From positions 62,001 to 126,000 of the forward strand of contig JAHBMJ010000234.1 in assembly GCA_018398765.1 (NCBI GenBank): a stretch of 64,000 nucleotides of DNA. The letters run 5' to 3'. Positions 12,491 through 26,500 of the stretch are shown here, in pieces. Every line of letters begins with the position of its first letter. Position 1 is the first letter of the stretch. The translations under genes and the position numbers were made by a program. The stretch is from Chromera velia. Its lineage: Eukaryota. The notes under the pieces were generated by a model. The model saw only the letters and a program-made list of their open reading frames with translations. It ran no database searches and had not been told where the DNA came from.

Positions 12491-13775
12491 ATGACATTGA
12501 TGGAGAGATCATTTCAGCCTCCATCCTCATATCTGGATTGCCTCTGGCCACGCTTCATGGGTGTTTGCAATGCGTGGGGAGAAGATGTCTGTTTGTTTGT
12601 CTGTCTTGTCGCCTGTTTGCTTGTCTCAACCAAATGGGGCATGCAGGACCTCTTTTGTGCCCATACCCACTGCCACTGGGTTGGGGCCATTTCGGTTTAT
12701 GGTGCCGCAGTGCAATCTTTCACCGTCCGTCTCTTTGTTTCTTTTTCGTCCAGTCCTCCATGGAACGGGGGGGGAGCAACAGGTCTTCCTTTCTCCTTCT
12801 TCTCCACATTTGCTGACTAATTTCTTCACGTCATTTGATCACTCTCTCTCAGCCACCCACACAACAGAGATGGGTGCATTAATTCGAAAGCTGAAAGGTC
12901 ACGGGGAAACCAACAAAGAAATAAATCAGACAACCACCTCGTCGTAGTCTGTCAGAGGAAGTTCCGACGTCGGACTAACGCCTGGATCTTGTGAGGAAGA
13001 CGATTGAAGGTTTTAAGGAAGTGAAAAAAAGAAACAGAAATTAACCGAAGAGAATGAGCTTAAGAAAGGGAAACGTTGTACCTTGGTGGTTTTGATAAGA
13101 AGAAGAATGACTTAGAGAAAGATCAACCGACTCGGATGTTTAGCAAACTTGGCAATTAGAATCGGAATGATTGTTTGTGAAAGACTCATGCATTGCTGCG
13201 TCAATTCTCCGACACATGCATGCATAAAGCGGCATGCATGACAAGATTTTAAATCCCGTCGCAAGAGATCAATCATAAACATTATCGGAACAAACTGAAT
13301 TGAGTTTAGGTTTGAGTCTGGCTAGGAATCCGCTAAGGAATCCGGATGAATTGATGATAGCAACATATGTCTATATATATAGTAAAAACAACACATACTA
13401 TCAAACGCTGTTGCTACTTGCCGCGTGCAAGGAATTGTGCAAAGACTAAGGAATTTACAGGAATTTCGATAAGAAGTACGACAAGAATCTAAAGGAATTT
13501 CAAGCTTATATAATTATTTTCTTTAATTCTAAATTCCTAAAACTTTGGGGATCAATTTTTTGCAAACCGTGATGAGTTCTAGGATGAGTTAGGACTAGAG
13601 TTAGGGCTTGACATTGAGGGTGTTTTATAGCTATAAAGCTAATATATGTTACATAATATAGGTCTATGAGTGGGTAAAACTCGGAACATCAATGCTATGC
13701 TATGCTATGCTATGCTAACATTGCTAAACACCTCTACTATAAATTTCTCTCTAGAGTTTTCTCTGTTCATAGCCA

Positions 13776-14619
13776 CTAGACGTGGTCTTTAGTTAGTTTA
13801 GTTCTTTAGTTAGTTTATTTTTTATTGTAAAACTAAACTAACTAACTAAATTAAGAACTGAACTATACAATTATAGTCTTTAGTTAGTTAGTTTTTTAAA
13901 ATTGTAGTTAGTGACCAGATTTGATTTGATTTGATTTAAGCTTCAAGCTCAAATCTGACCAGATTTGAGGTAGATTTGAGGTTGGAGTCTAGAGGTCACT
14001 CTTAACAGCACTGAAGACGACATGACACAGTCGCCACCACTAACAAATCCTAGAAAGCCCTAGAAATAAGAAAATCACTAAAAATTGGACTAAAAGCTAA
14101 ATTAAGACTCTCAAAATTAATGAGCTATTGTCAAAGTTAAGAGTTTACATAAGTTTTTATTTTAGAGTTATCATAGAAATAGAGATTTGAGGTTAAAGGG
14201 TCAGATTTGAAGTAGATTTGATAGGATTTAATAGGCCCTATCATGCTAAAGTTTCTCAGGCCTAAGATTTGATTTGAGGTTAAGCCTTACTTCAAATGAT
14301 TCTTAATTTTAAATTAAATCAAATCAAATCAAATCTGGTCACTAATTGTAGTTAATAAATTTAGTAACTTTTGTTTGTTGTGATCACTCCTTGTATAAGT
14401 TATAGTCTAAGTCAAACTCAAAAGGCGGCCGTCACATGTATGGAGGCGTCAAGAAAAGAGGGAAGGAACTTCAGGGAAGGGGGTGAAAAGGGATACAAAC
14501 ACTAGTTAGTTTAGTTGAAATCTGTTTAGTTACTTTAATTAGCTAGTTAGTTACTTAGTTAGGTCTCTTAAAGGTGACAAACTAAACTAACTAACTAACT
14601 AACTAAAGACCACGCCTAG
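13776..14619. mobile_element. Non-autonomous TIR DNA transposon (MITE) with 8-bp TSD
   Basis: TIRs are CTAGACGTGGTCTTTAGTTAGTT at 13776 and AACTAACTAAAGACCACGCCTAG ending at 14619. Flanks are CATAGCCA (13768-13775) and CATAGCCG (14620-14627). Internal (TAGT)n subterminal repeats are present. Confidence 0.85.
13909..14344. mobile_element. hAT-like MITE nested in the previous element
   Basis: TIRs are TAGTGACCAGATTTGATTTGATTTGATTTAA and its reverse complement ending at 14344. There is a perfect 8-bp TSD, ATTGTAGT (13901-13908 and 14345-14352). Confidence 0.9.
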
Positions 14620-15058
14620 CATAGCCGGGTCTAGAGCCGCATCGATAGTCCACGAGTCGGAGAAATTAACTTTAAAAAATGTTTAAACTCCTTTATAAAT
14701 AATTAATATCAATCAATCAATCAATCAAAAATCAATACAACTAAATTTCTCAATTCTTGTTTCTGAATTCCTCTAAAATCTTGTTTACCAGCTTGTTTAA
14801 ATCTAGCTAGTAACTACGTGACCTAGCCTACGTCTAAATTCCCCAGACTTTAAATTCTTGTTTCTCTTAGTTTCCATACATCATTGTTAAAACCTTAGTG
14901 TACGATAGTGTACAATTAAAGCTGTATTAAATTTTGTGCCTAAACATTCTGAAACTCGCATATTTCAAATCTGAATACCAATTAGCTTTACATCAACATT
15001 ATAGACCAAGCTCCACCAGCAGACATGCGTTTCTGCACTGCATTGAATTGTTTGTTTC

Positions 15059-15166
15059 TTAGCAGAGCCCTAAACTTTTTGAGAGTTCAGAAAAGAGTCG
15101 CTGCAGTTCCCGCCGTACATGGCTGCAAAGAAAAACAAAATCAAGAAAGACGTACGACGGCTTTGC

Positions 15167-15204
<38 letters not shown>

Positions 15205-15659
15205 ATCTATCTATCTGTGCATGTTAGTGCGTGCGTGCGTGTGTGTGTGTGGGTGTGTGGGTGTGTGTGTGTGATCAAAGACAAGTGGGCCTGAGCTGCC
15301 TTTCAATGCACGCGAGATATGGGCCTCTTGGGCATTGCAGGAGGCCTGCCAGAAAGAGTTCGAGAGGAGAAGATCTTTGCCAACACACACACACACACAC
15401 ATACATCTACACACACACACATCTACCCATCCACGCATGCTTCCACAGAGACAGTGAGAGAGAGACGTGGACTGAAAGAGAGAAACCAACACAGAGGAAA
15501 GGACAAGGCGTCTATCGGAGCGTCATTACGGTGAGCGAATTTGATACAGAAAGAGAGAGCGACTGACGGGTCTTTTGAACCGATGCACTCAGAGAGTTGC
15601 GGCAGAAGGACCATCAGGTGGCACTTCCGTCCTGAACACACACATACACGCGCAAACAA

Positions 15660-15690
<31 letters not shown>

Positions 15691-16181
15691 CTCTTACACA
15701 CATACACCCTCTTTTCTCTCCCACACACACGTACTGACGCTCTCGCTCTCGAAGAGACGTTCTTTCCATGGAACTCACACACGTGCCACACTGACACAAG
15801 CACGAATCCACTCATTCACCCACCCACCCTTTCAGCCAGTCATTCTACAGAGAGAGGGAGAGAGGGAGAGAAAGAGAGACCGGGTTGACAGAGGGGAGGG
15901 GAGGGGACTGAACTGACCTGCAAGCGTTCTGGCGAGCTCTGCCCTCTCAGATCCCGACAAAGACCCGACGTCACCCCCCGGTCCTCCAACCGGAAGGGTC
16001 ACGGGAGCCCGTTTTGCCCCTGCCTCTCTTTCTCCCCCAGATCCTCCTCCCCCCCCCTCGATTGAGGAGGAAGCGAGGGACGAGTAGACTTCCGGTGGAA
16101 GGTCCAGGCGTCGGAGCTCCGAGAAGACGAAAGCGACCTCATCGAGACGATGACGAGGAAGGGGGCACTGCATGCATGTAG

Positions 16182-16214
<33 letters not shown>

Positions 16215-17514
16215 CAAACAAAAAAAAACAGGCGGCGGAGTCGGGAAAACAGCTTTCAGGCATCCACACACACGGACGGCGGGCCGGCTAGCCAGCCAGC
16301 AGCCAGCAAAAGAGGATAGGGGCATGGGACTCACTCAATTACTCATACACACAAATAGACGGAGAAAAGGGGAAAGAGAAAGAGAGCATCTGTGATTCGA
16401 CCACCTCCCTGAATAATACCGATGTGCTCTTTTGCTGCAAAAGTCGGACGGAGAAGGATAGGGAGAGAAGGACAAAAACTCCAGTGAGAAAACTGGAAAC
16501 CATGTGCATCCATGTTACCACACACACACCCTCCACATTGTCACTTCCATCTATCCGCCTTCATTTCCTTTCGTGACTGCTTCAGTCAGTGAGCTTGCTG
16601 ACCTGCCCGCTCTGCGTGTCGTCCCTGATGAATCCCGACAGAATCTGCTGGACTCTCCTCATCAACACGGGGGTCACACAGGAGAGCATACACAGACGCG
16701 CAGATTCAGGCCACAAAGGCACAGCACCTCCTCCTGCAGGCTGCTGCTGTGTGTGCGCCCCTTGGGAGCTCGCCTCCCTTCCCTGCCCGCTTCCAGGCCG
16801 ATCCCCCCTGTCCCTCTCCGAGGATCTCGAGGGCGCCCCTCTCTCCCCCCTCTTCTGGGCCAGCGTGCAGAGCTCGAACATCCTGCTCGCATATCGATCC
16901 ATCATTTATGTATGTGTCGTCTTACCCCTTTGGGCTGAAGATAAAATCCAGACCATGGACTCTACAGAGATAGACACATGCATGGGGCAAGTTGAGTCCG
17001 ACACAATTCATGCGGATACTTGCGGCGGTCAGACCTTGTCCCCGAGGGCTGATGGCCAATAAGCAGGTAGACGATGAAGAAAGCCGAAAGAAAGAGACAA
17101 GACCGACGCCTTCCATTCGCAATTGGAAGTCGAGCATAGATTTTCAGATCCTCTTGAGCAGACCAATTTAGAAACTTTCAGCTCGCTTTGGATGGTCGAA
17201 AGGTAGGTTTTCAATCAGCTAGTCCGACGCACTCACTCACCTGCCAAGGGCGTCTCTCGCAAGTTCCGGCCGATCAGCAGACACTGCGGGCCGAGTGAAC
17301 TGATCAAGCACCCGGACCTGTAGATGAATAGAGAAGGAAGGACACAGACGGAATCGAAATCAAATGAAGAGAGGGACAGTCACGAAGAGACAGGCTCACT
17401 TACATTCACAGGACATCAGATCAAGAGGACATTGAAGACGCTATCGCTCTCCATGAGTTGAGCCTTCTCTGTCTCTCTGTTTTTTCTCCCCTTTTCAGGG
17501 CGAAAGCACGCATG

Positions 17515-17554
<40 letters not shown>

Positions 17555-20500
17555 GCGAGAGGGAGGTTGGAGGGAAGAGAGTGGGCGAGAGGTTGTTAGA
17601 CTGACCAAGTGAGGGAAGACAAACGGAGGGCAGTCAGGCATTCCGACAAGCTTGCCTACTGCCAAATCCCTGAGCATCAGCTCGAGCGCCTCCCCCTCTC
17701 TCACTGCACTCACGACGTCTTGTCTCCCTGCAGAGACTGCGCTTCTCTTTGCAGACAGACAGTCGTCCTCTGCCAGTTCGACACACCCAATTGCAACCCC
17801 CCACCAAAAACGAATTTCCGTCTCTTTCGAAAACAAACGACGCACGCCCCCAAATTGGGGGGAATCGAACGCCGAGACGGTGTCGCGTATCAGTACACAC
17901 GCAGCCTCCGCAGCGACCTTCCATAGACCCACAAGTGCGAGTGCAGGTGCACGCTTGGTTCGAGAAAGTCGAATCAAAACATGCAGCATGAACGGCACGC
18001 ACGCAATAAGGACGTCCACCATGCCAGGGCGCTGCGGTGCGGCAACCGCGTCTGCAGGCGATGGTGCAACAACGACTGCTGAGGGGTTCGAAGCAGTGTG
18101 AGTCTCAAGAGGTTCTCGATGACTTGCAGACGTCTGCGCATCTGCGTCCCTTCCGGTCTCCACCGCCCCGTCCGTATAGGGAGAAGTCGGCGACCGCACA
18201 GCCCCTACGCCGCCTTCAGAAGAAACCCCCACCCCTCCCGTCTCCTGCCGAGCTACTTGCGATGGCGGCTGAGCAGCGTAGGGGGAAGTAGGCAGGGGTC
18301 CCTGTGGCAGCGTGGTTCCATACGATACTGAAGGGAGGCCCCCGAATCCCCCGTACTGCCTCTCCCTTTCTTGCTGCTGTGTTCTCCTTTCTTTGTGTCT
18401 TCCACTCCCACCACCCACCAAATCTCCTGGAGCAGAGACTGCAGCGGCAGAGACGGGAGACGGAGAGACGGGATTCGAAAGTGCACCTGTCTCCGTCTCC
18501 AACCCGTCCACCCCCTGTCCACCTCTGTCTCTGCGCCCCGATGATGACGCAATGGCATCAGGGATGGACAGTCGGAGGGGCGATCCCGTGTCTGCCCAGA
18601 GGTACTGCTGGATCACTCTGCGGGTGCACTTGAGAAGAGATCCCACAACGCGACCCGAGCAGGCGAGCCTGAGCGTGTCTGCTGTCGCAGCGGCAGGTTC
18701 TAGAAACACACTGCAGAGCTGCAACACAAAAAAGGAGGGTTGGAGTATGGGCACACGGGAAAAAAAGGAAACGCTTGATTGCCGTCCGTTTGAAAACTGA
18801 CGCAGACAGCCGTCTTCACCTGTCTTCATGCTCACGATATGAACCACTGGAAATTGATATTAAAGAATTCTCGGCATCGGTATGCACAGAGATTTGCCGA
18901 AGACTGTGTCTTTCACCTCACCCCACTGCTTCTCTTCACAGCTCACAAAAACAAACGAACCATTTTAAGTAGAGAAGCGAGGACTTGTGGGTGTTCGGGC
19001 AGGCAGTCAGGAAGACCGTCCAGGCATTCAAACACTGCAGGAAGAGGAAACGGAAGTCTGCAAGAAAGGACAAACAACGGATTCAACTTCTCTCCTCCAG
19101 CGCTGGCCGCACCCTCAGGTCCGAGTCCCCCCCCTCCTGCCCCAAGGACCTCGGAGGCAGAAACAGTCCTCCCGCCCCCTTCCCCGATAGCGGCTTCTCC
19201 CTTTGCCACACCTGCCGTCCCCCCTTCCCTCATTTGGCTCTGGCCCGGCTGGGAGAAACTCGAGACTTTCTTCATGGCGTCTGCCAAAGGGACCCCGGCA
19301 GCCGCGCGGAGTGGGCCCGGAAGGGGGGGCGGAAAGGCCCCGGATCCACTCGCAGGCCTCTTCCGCCACTCGGGGTTGCGGTCGACCAGAGACCTGCAGA
19401 AACTCAGTCAGGAAACTGGTTTCATCGCCAACGCACATCTAGTGATGCACACCAACGCACGCAAACCCTGCAATGAAATCACGTATCAGATTCGACAGGA
19501 TTGTCTTTCCATTTGCCCATGCACTTGCAAACATACAGCAATACAGAGAGAGGGGGGCGGGGGAGAGAGAGGGGGAGGCGTAAGGCAGTGAATGGGGGAC
19601 AAAATTGTCCTTTCAAGGAGCTAGTAATTCTCTGGGCTTCTGTCTATCGTGAAGTCATTCGCATCTTATCCGTCTGCGGAGTGGATATGGAGAAATGCAG
19701 GGAACCGTCTGCCGAGTGGATATGGAGAAATGCAGGGAAGAAAGAGAAAGGAAAAGGGGGAATGGAGGGCGAAAGCTCCTCCTCAGTCGTCCAGGGTCGT
19801 TCTTACATGTCCTTGCTAGACTGACTTGGGCTTCATCGGCTCTTTCGCGTACTGCAGGGGAGACGGCGACACGTGAGTCCCCTGTTTGTCTCCGTCTCTG
19901 TCTCTGGACACGAGGACCCCTTTTCTCCTACCCTCCTGACTCCAGAGGGCAGGGAGTCGGTCTACTGCAAAGCGAACCTCAGCCTCAATTGACGCACGCT
20001 CGTCCCCGTCTCCAGATATGCCGACAAAGGCGGTGGAGGAAGCCGAGTGGGGTGATTCATCCCAGCAGAGCGGCTCCTTCTCACCCCCGTCTCCAGCTGA
20101 GATGGTAAGGAGACGGGTACAGAGATTCACATCCCGCAGAGCCCCGGAAAGTTCGTCGTATAACCGAGTTACGAGAGGGTCTCCAGCAGCCTCACCAGCA
20201 GCCTGTGCGACGCGCGCGCGGCCCTCATGTGAGTCCATGTCGGTTTCCGTCTCCGTTTGTCTGCCCCTCTCTCCAGGTGCTGGTGTGTGTGCGGTTGCTG
20301 GTGTGTGTTGGTGCACAATATTGCATAGAATTGGAACGCCTGTGAGCAAAACGAATTGAGGGGCCGTCGATACTGCAATCAATAAGTGGGCTGCGATAAG
20401 CACATGCAAAGGATCATTGCCGGGAACACCCCCGTCGTCCCTACGCGCAGAATCATTAAGTTTAGAATGTCCGGAGACATCGGATGATGGAAGGGGTGGT

Positions 20501-23500
20501 GACAGGGGTGCTTCACTCGGCTGGAGTCTTTGTCCTCCTGCTGGTGTGGCTAAAACAGTTTGTAGTGTTGCCACCAACGTCTCTACAAACTTTTCGTGTA
20601 TTGGAAGATCTGCAGAGGCTGCCAGAAGATTTGCCCCCCCCTGGACTCCCCGCTGCCCCGCATCTTTGTCGGAAGTTGAGGAGCCTGAGGCAGCAGAGAC
20701 ACTGGCGACCTTCTTGGACAAGCCCCAAAAGATTGACCAGCCACACCCACGCAGCGTGAAGTGCCTCGCTTTGACTGTCCCTTTCCCCTTCCCCCCCTCT
20801 GCCCCGCCTCTCTCCACAGACACGGCAGGGTGGAGAACCAAAGGGGCTTGGTCGGAGGGACGAGGCAGGGGCCGGGTGGCAACCTCACACTTAATCAAGT
20901 CTCCCAGGACTCGTAAGGATGCACACGCGACTGCAAGCAAGCAAGTCGACCGGCACGGGCACACAAGCACGCATACAGACGGAGAGAGAGAGAGAAGCTC
21001 AAGGAGGGTGACCGGCACATAGACAGAATTTACTACCAACAAAAGAAACTCCCTATAGACACAATGAAGTGGAAAAGTCAGGCAGAAGAACAAAAAAGTC
21101 ATCCAAAACATGGCGGCATCCCGGTAGACACAGAGATAGTCGTTTCAGAAATTGCCTGCACAAACAAACCGAAGTCCCTGGAAAGCGCTTTTCCCGTGAT
21201 TTTCTTCTGATAAATTGTAATGATTTGTATCATGTTGTTTGTTCCTGAGTTTCCTTCCACGTACCTTCGAGTGCCTGCCGCCCCACTCCCCCCCCGCTTC
21301 CCAGCAGACAGCCCGCGCATACACGCAGGAGTGCGTAGGCACAAGGAGCGAGGTCCTCCGCAGTCACGCCAGAGTTGGCAGAAACGCCTTCGGAGGCCTC
21401 TGAAGGCTTGCCGGCCGCAGAAAATCTGCAAAAGAATTAAACGATACAAAGCGCAACAAGACCTGAACATCCGACTTCCTTCTGAAGATTGTGCAAACCT
21501 CAAGGCAGAAAGAAAAGCGAATCGGATAGGATACATTTCCGTCAGTCGATGCATCAACGCTCCTACCTTCCCCACCCCACCTGTCTCTTCTCTCTCAAAT
21601 ACGCGCGTGCACTTTGGTCCTCATAACCCCCTTGCAAGCGACACACCTGCAGACGACACGTGCAAGCAAAAAAACAAAAAGCGACCCACCTGCAGACGAC
21701 ACGTGCCAGACCGTCGACAGCAATCACGAGCGTCTCGTCCCACTGCTTCGCCCCCGAGTCCCGAGAGTGATGTACGATCATCCCATCACCCCCACTCCCG
21801 GAGGAAGAAGACGACCCCGAATGTTGGGAGGCAGACGACTGCTCGACCCCACTGCCTTGCAGACTGTCAGTGCCCGCTGCCGCATTCGCAAAGGCCCGCA
21901 ATCTTTCCGCCGCCACCTCTTCCAATGTTGAAACGAGGATGTCCCGCACAATGCGCCGCCACAGGGCACGAGACCACCGCCGCCCGTGAGACAACACTGC
22001 CGTCACAAGACTCCGTGCAGCACAATTACGAACCTCTGCCCGTGGATCTAGGGTGAGTACACGCAAATGCAAAAAGATCGCGAGCCAAAGAGACGCCAGT
22101 GTGTCCTCCTCCTCCGACTCCTTCTCCTTCTTTGCATCCAAAGTCGGTGTCACAATCTCTCTGCAAGTCCCAAAACAATCGACGGAAAAGGAAACACCCC
22201 CCACGGTCAGATGAGAGGCCCCTCCCTTTGACGCGATCCCCGCTGGCGTCCCCGCCCCACTTTCCTCCTCTCCCTCTGCTTGCCCCCCCGTGCCCCCCTT
22301 TCCTCTCCCCAAAGCGTCCGCGATATTCCACAGATACCCTACGGCCCTGAAGGAGGTGTTGATGCCAAGGGAAGGGGACCGACCGAACGCCGCAGCTGTA
22401 GTGACAAGGACCTTCAAACACCCCTGCAAGAACCAGCCAGCAATAAAGACCCAACTGAAGTTTTCAGGACTGTTTGAGGACAGGTGGAAAGGGAAAAACG
22501 CAGAAGGAAAAGGGAAGAAGTGGAAAGAATAGAGGCCCCTGCCTGCCAAAAGAGAACATGCGCACCTCCCTAAGTTTTCAAAGAATGAGCAGAAAAGGGG
22601 AGAAACAAAGACTTTACTAAATTAGACAAACGGAAAAAAACCGCCTCCCACTGACTGACCTGTCTGGGCAAACGTTCTGGAAATTCCTGCACGAGGAGCT
22701 CCACAACTCTGAAGAGAGCAGCACGGCTCTTGTCCCCCCCCCTCCCCCCCTGTTGTTGTTGCTGCTGGGTCTGACCTCTGGAACGCCCCCCTGCTCCTGC
22801 GCCTCCTTGAAGGATACTTCCCCTCTCCCTCCCATCTCCTCTGTGTTGTCCCCCCTCCCCTTCCCTGTCCTGTCCTTCTAATTCAAACTCGAAAGATCCT
22901 GCAATGTCAGATAACCTCAGAGACTGACCCCCTACCCCCCCCTGAGAAGACACCTCCCCCCCCTTCTCTAATTCCTTTAAAAGATTTACCAAAGCCTCAA
23001 AAGGAGCTCCAAACTCCGCAGCCGCCGACCGTCCGAGGACGACCAGCACGAGCACCCACCCCTTCCTGCTCAGAGCCTGGCCAGAAGACTGAAGCAGATC
23101 GTGTAGACCGTCTAACACCTGCAAGCATACAGACCATGCAAGCAGAAATCTGCTGTTTGCAAAGGTCAACAAGACAACGGAAAAAAAGACAAGGGACTGC
23201 CCGCATGTCTGAAATTTCTCTTTTCAGAAGGCATCGTGCAAGCAGGTACCCTCACTTATCGGGCAGCAGAACGAGGTCGGATCTGCCGTGCAACCGAAAG
23301 CAAGACTATCATTCTACATGCATTAGAAAGAGAACCGACCTTTGTTCTCACGTCAGCCACGGGAGATGCCACCAGATCTGTCAACGGTGATAGCATCGCC
23401 GTCTGAATCGACGGTCGGTCAGCATAAAAAGGCACCGACGCTCTGAGCACTTGAACGAGAGCCACCACCCCCTCTTCTCTCACCTCACGACTGGCTGCTC

Positions 23501-26500
23501 GACTGTTACACACACAAATCAGGTGTGCCAAAACACATTGCCAGAGAATATCGATACGATCGACATTCAATACAGCAACGTCGACAAGACGCTGCAGACC
23601 AAAATTACGCAAACGCGTCCCGCCGCCACTGTCCAAACTGGAACCCGAAGGACCCGCGCCGCCCCCATCTGAGATCGAAGGACCCGACCCACCAGCACCC
23701 CCCGACCCCTGTGCAGCAACTGCCGCACGACTGTCGTCCCCCTCCAGCGCCGTCAGTGCCCGCGTCCCCAGCGCAGTCACAAGATCACGCAGCCCTGTGG
23801 GCGCCATTCTTCTTGACGTCTTGAAGACTGCTTCCAGTGCTGCCGCTAGCACCGTTAGCTTGGCAGTTAATACGGGGTGTTGCGCAAGAGATGATGAGAT
23901 GGCAAGGGAGGAGGGAGGGGCGCCTGTTGAAGCCGACGTGGCACTCGACACAGCCCCTGCTACCCTCTGCACAACCCCACCTGACCCCGACCCCCCCCTT
24001 GGCAGCCCTGCAAGTTTTGCCTTTGTGCTGCCTGATAAAATGCGTTCCAATTCCTCTAATGCAGGCAAAACGACCAGCCACCCCCTGACTCCTAGAACCC
24101 CCCCAAGAGTCGAACAAATACTAAGCAGAGCCTTCAAACACCGCAACGACTTCGAGTCTAATTTTCGATCCTTCGTTTTCCACGCTTCCACTGACCCTAA
24201 TGCTCCTTCTCCTCCCCCCCCAGCTGACCCGACCCCCCCCGTAGTTAGTGCATGAGGATATTCAGACCCAGGATTCAGAGCTGAATCCAATCTCTCAAAA
24301 ACACTATCAGGTGACTGTGGCATTGCAAGCCGTGTGATTGCCAAAAGGGCAGCTTCTCTGGTTTGGTCTATGCTCAGGCTTCCTGCCACAAACAACAGAG
24401 TCTCATAGGCTTTCAGAACCTGCACTACGCTCAATTCGTCGGCCGACGCAGAGAGCAACAGACTAAGCGCAGAGAGAACCGACGGCCAGGCAGCAGAGAC
24501 CATTTGCCTGACGATCAACTGGCCTTCACTCAACGGCTCTTCTGCAAATGTAGCCAAAGGCTCACCCTCACTACCCACCACTCCCTTCTTTCCCTCCCCT
24601 CCAGGTAACACGGGTGTACTTTCCTTCTTTCCGGCAACCGTCGCGGCACAGGTAGAGGCTGCGGACTCCCCCACTGTAGAGGGCGGGGGCGAGGGGGACG
24701 GAGGGCCGCCTGAAGAAGACTCGGGTGGAACCTGTCGTCTCCCCTCTCCAGCAGCAGAAGCAGAAGAAGAGGAAGAAGCATCCCCACTCCCTGAAGTAGG
24801 GGCGCCCTTTTCTGCTTCTGCTTCGGCCAGCCGCTCTCTTTCTAATGTGGCTGCATGCGAAGGGACAAGAAAAGAATGCAGAAGAACTTCATTTCTCATT
24901 CATTCGAAATTTGGGAAGGAATCTCGACCCTGATGACAACGTTGTTGGTGTGACGGCGAACGGAATAAAGCGATGATGCGTACAAGCAGTAGAGGGTCGC
25001 TCTTCGACACGCCATACGCTGCATGTGCGCTTTGGGAAAGACAGAGAAAAGAAGGAGCACAGGCAAAATCTGATTCTATGGCAAATGACGGATCTCTTTC
25101 ATGCGCATTTTTTTATTTTTTCGTCTGAAACGAGGTTGTTTTCAGCCCACCTCTCATCTATCACTCACTGATACACTCATTGATTCTACCTACCCACTGC
25201 TGACCTACCTTCTGTGAGCACTGAGTGCAGCGAACCGATGAGAGCGAAGAGTGCCTCCACTGCCAGAAGCACAGGGGCATTGGCAGAAAGCTCAGGCGGA
25301 CTCCCGCTCTCGTGGAATGTCTCCAAGAGACGAGCTACTCGGGAGTCTCCAGACGCTCCTGACGTCCCCCCACTCGTTTTACTCAGCCCTGCGCCACTAC
25401 TCCCCCCCTTTCCGCTACTGCCTGTCCTGACCATCCGCTGATGCCCCGTCGCTGCATCCAGAGCTGCGGCTGTTGAGGGTGTGAGGGCAAGAGAGAAGGG
25501 ATTTGATTCCCGATCCATCGTGAATGTGGTTTGGTGTATTACCTTCCCCACGTGCTCGATGACTTCCTCAAACACCCTGTGGGCTCTCTCCCTCTCCCGC
25601 TCCCGTTCCCTGTGCCTCCCCCCCCCGCCCGTTATCCCCGATCCAGATCCTCTGGAGTTCCCCGAGGGGAGACCCGAAGAGGCCCCGGCATGCCCTGCTG
25701 ACAGGGAGACGGGAGGAGGGGCCAGGGGCCCAAATGGGTCCTCAACTGCCCGGGCCCTTTCTCTATCCGCAGCTGCCCGCCCTCCTCCCAGGGCTTCTGA
25801 AGGAGAGAGGTCAAAACGTCGGAAGACCCCGACCAGAAGGGCCGAGTCCCCACACACAGATCTGAAGAGCTCCAGCACGGCAGCCCTCATCCAAACAGGC
25901 CTCTCAGCATCCGTCAGACGGAGGAGGAGAGGGAGGATCACGCAGAGCTCGGGTACCAGGTGGGGAAGGAACAGGTCGGGCGACAGGAGGGTTTTCACAA
26001 GTCGCAACAGTCTGCATACACACGTATGCATCCACACGTTTGCACACATACACAAACATAGCACACATACACACACATATATAAGTATATAGATACAGAG
26101 ACAGATCCAACCCGCGCGACTGCGTGTAAATTAAAATAAGGGCTTTGAAGACGTGCAGAAACAGAGGGAGACAGAAGTATGAATGGTGAGGAAGGAGAGG
26201 GAGAGGCTGACCTACCTACCTACCTGATCAGACAGGGAAAGTCGAGAGGCGCCCTTGTTCCCCTCACGACCAGCACGGGTACGTGTTGCTTGAGCAGGAC
26301 AAAGAAAGAGGGAACCTGCAGCCAGGCAGCCGTTGAAGGAAGAAACAGCGTGGGGGGGAAAGGACGAAGAGAAAGCACGTCTTCAGAAGGAAGAGAACAG
26401 AAGGAACAGAAAAGACAGAAACCGTTCACAGCAACCAGAGAAAGTGGCGAAGCGTGTCCCTTTCGAAGAAGTGACAAGATCCTATTGTCTCGAGGGAGAA

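Noticed and set aside
13300..14900. A third, outer inverted-repeat element around the MITE nest
   Set aside because: There is only weak inverted similarity (ACAAGAATCTAAAGGAATT-like words), and no TIR or TSD could be fixed.
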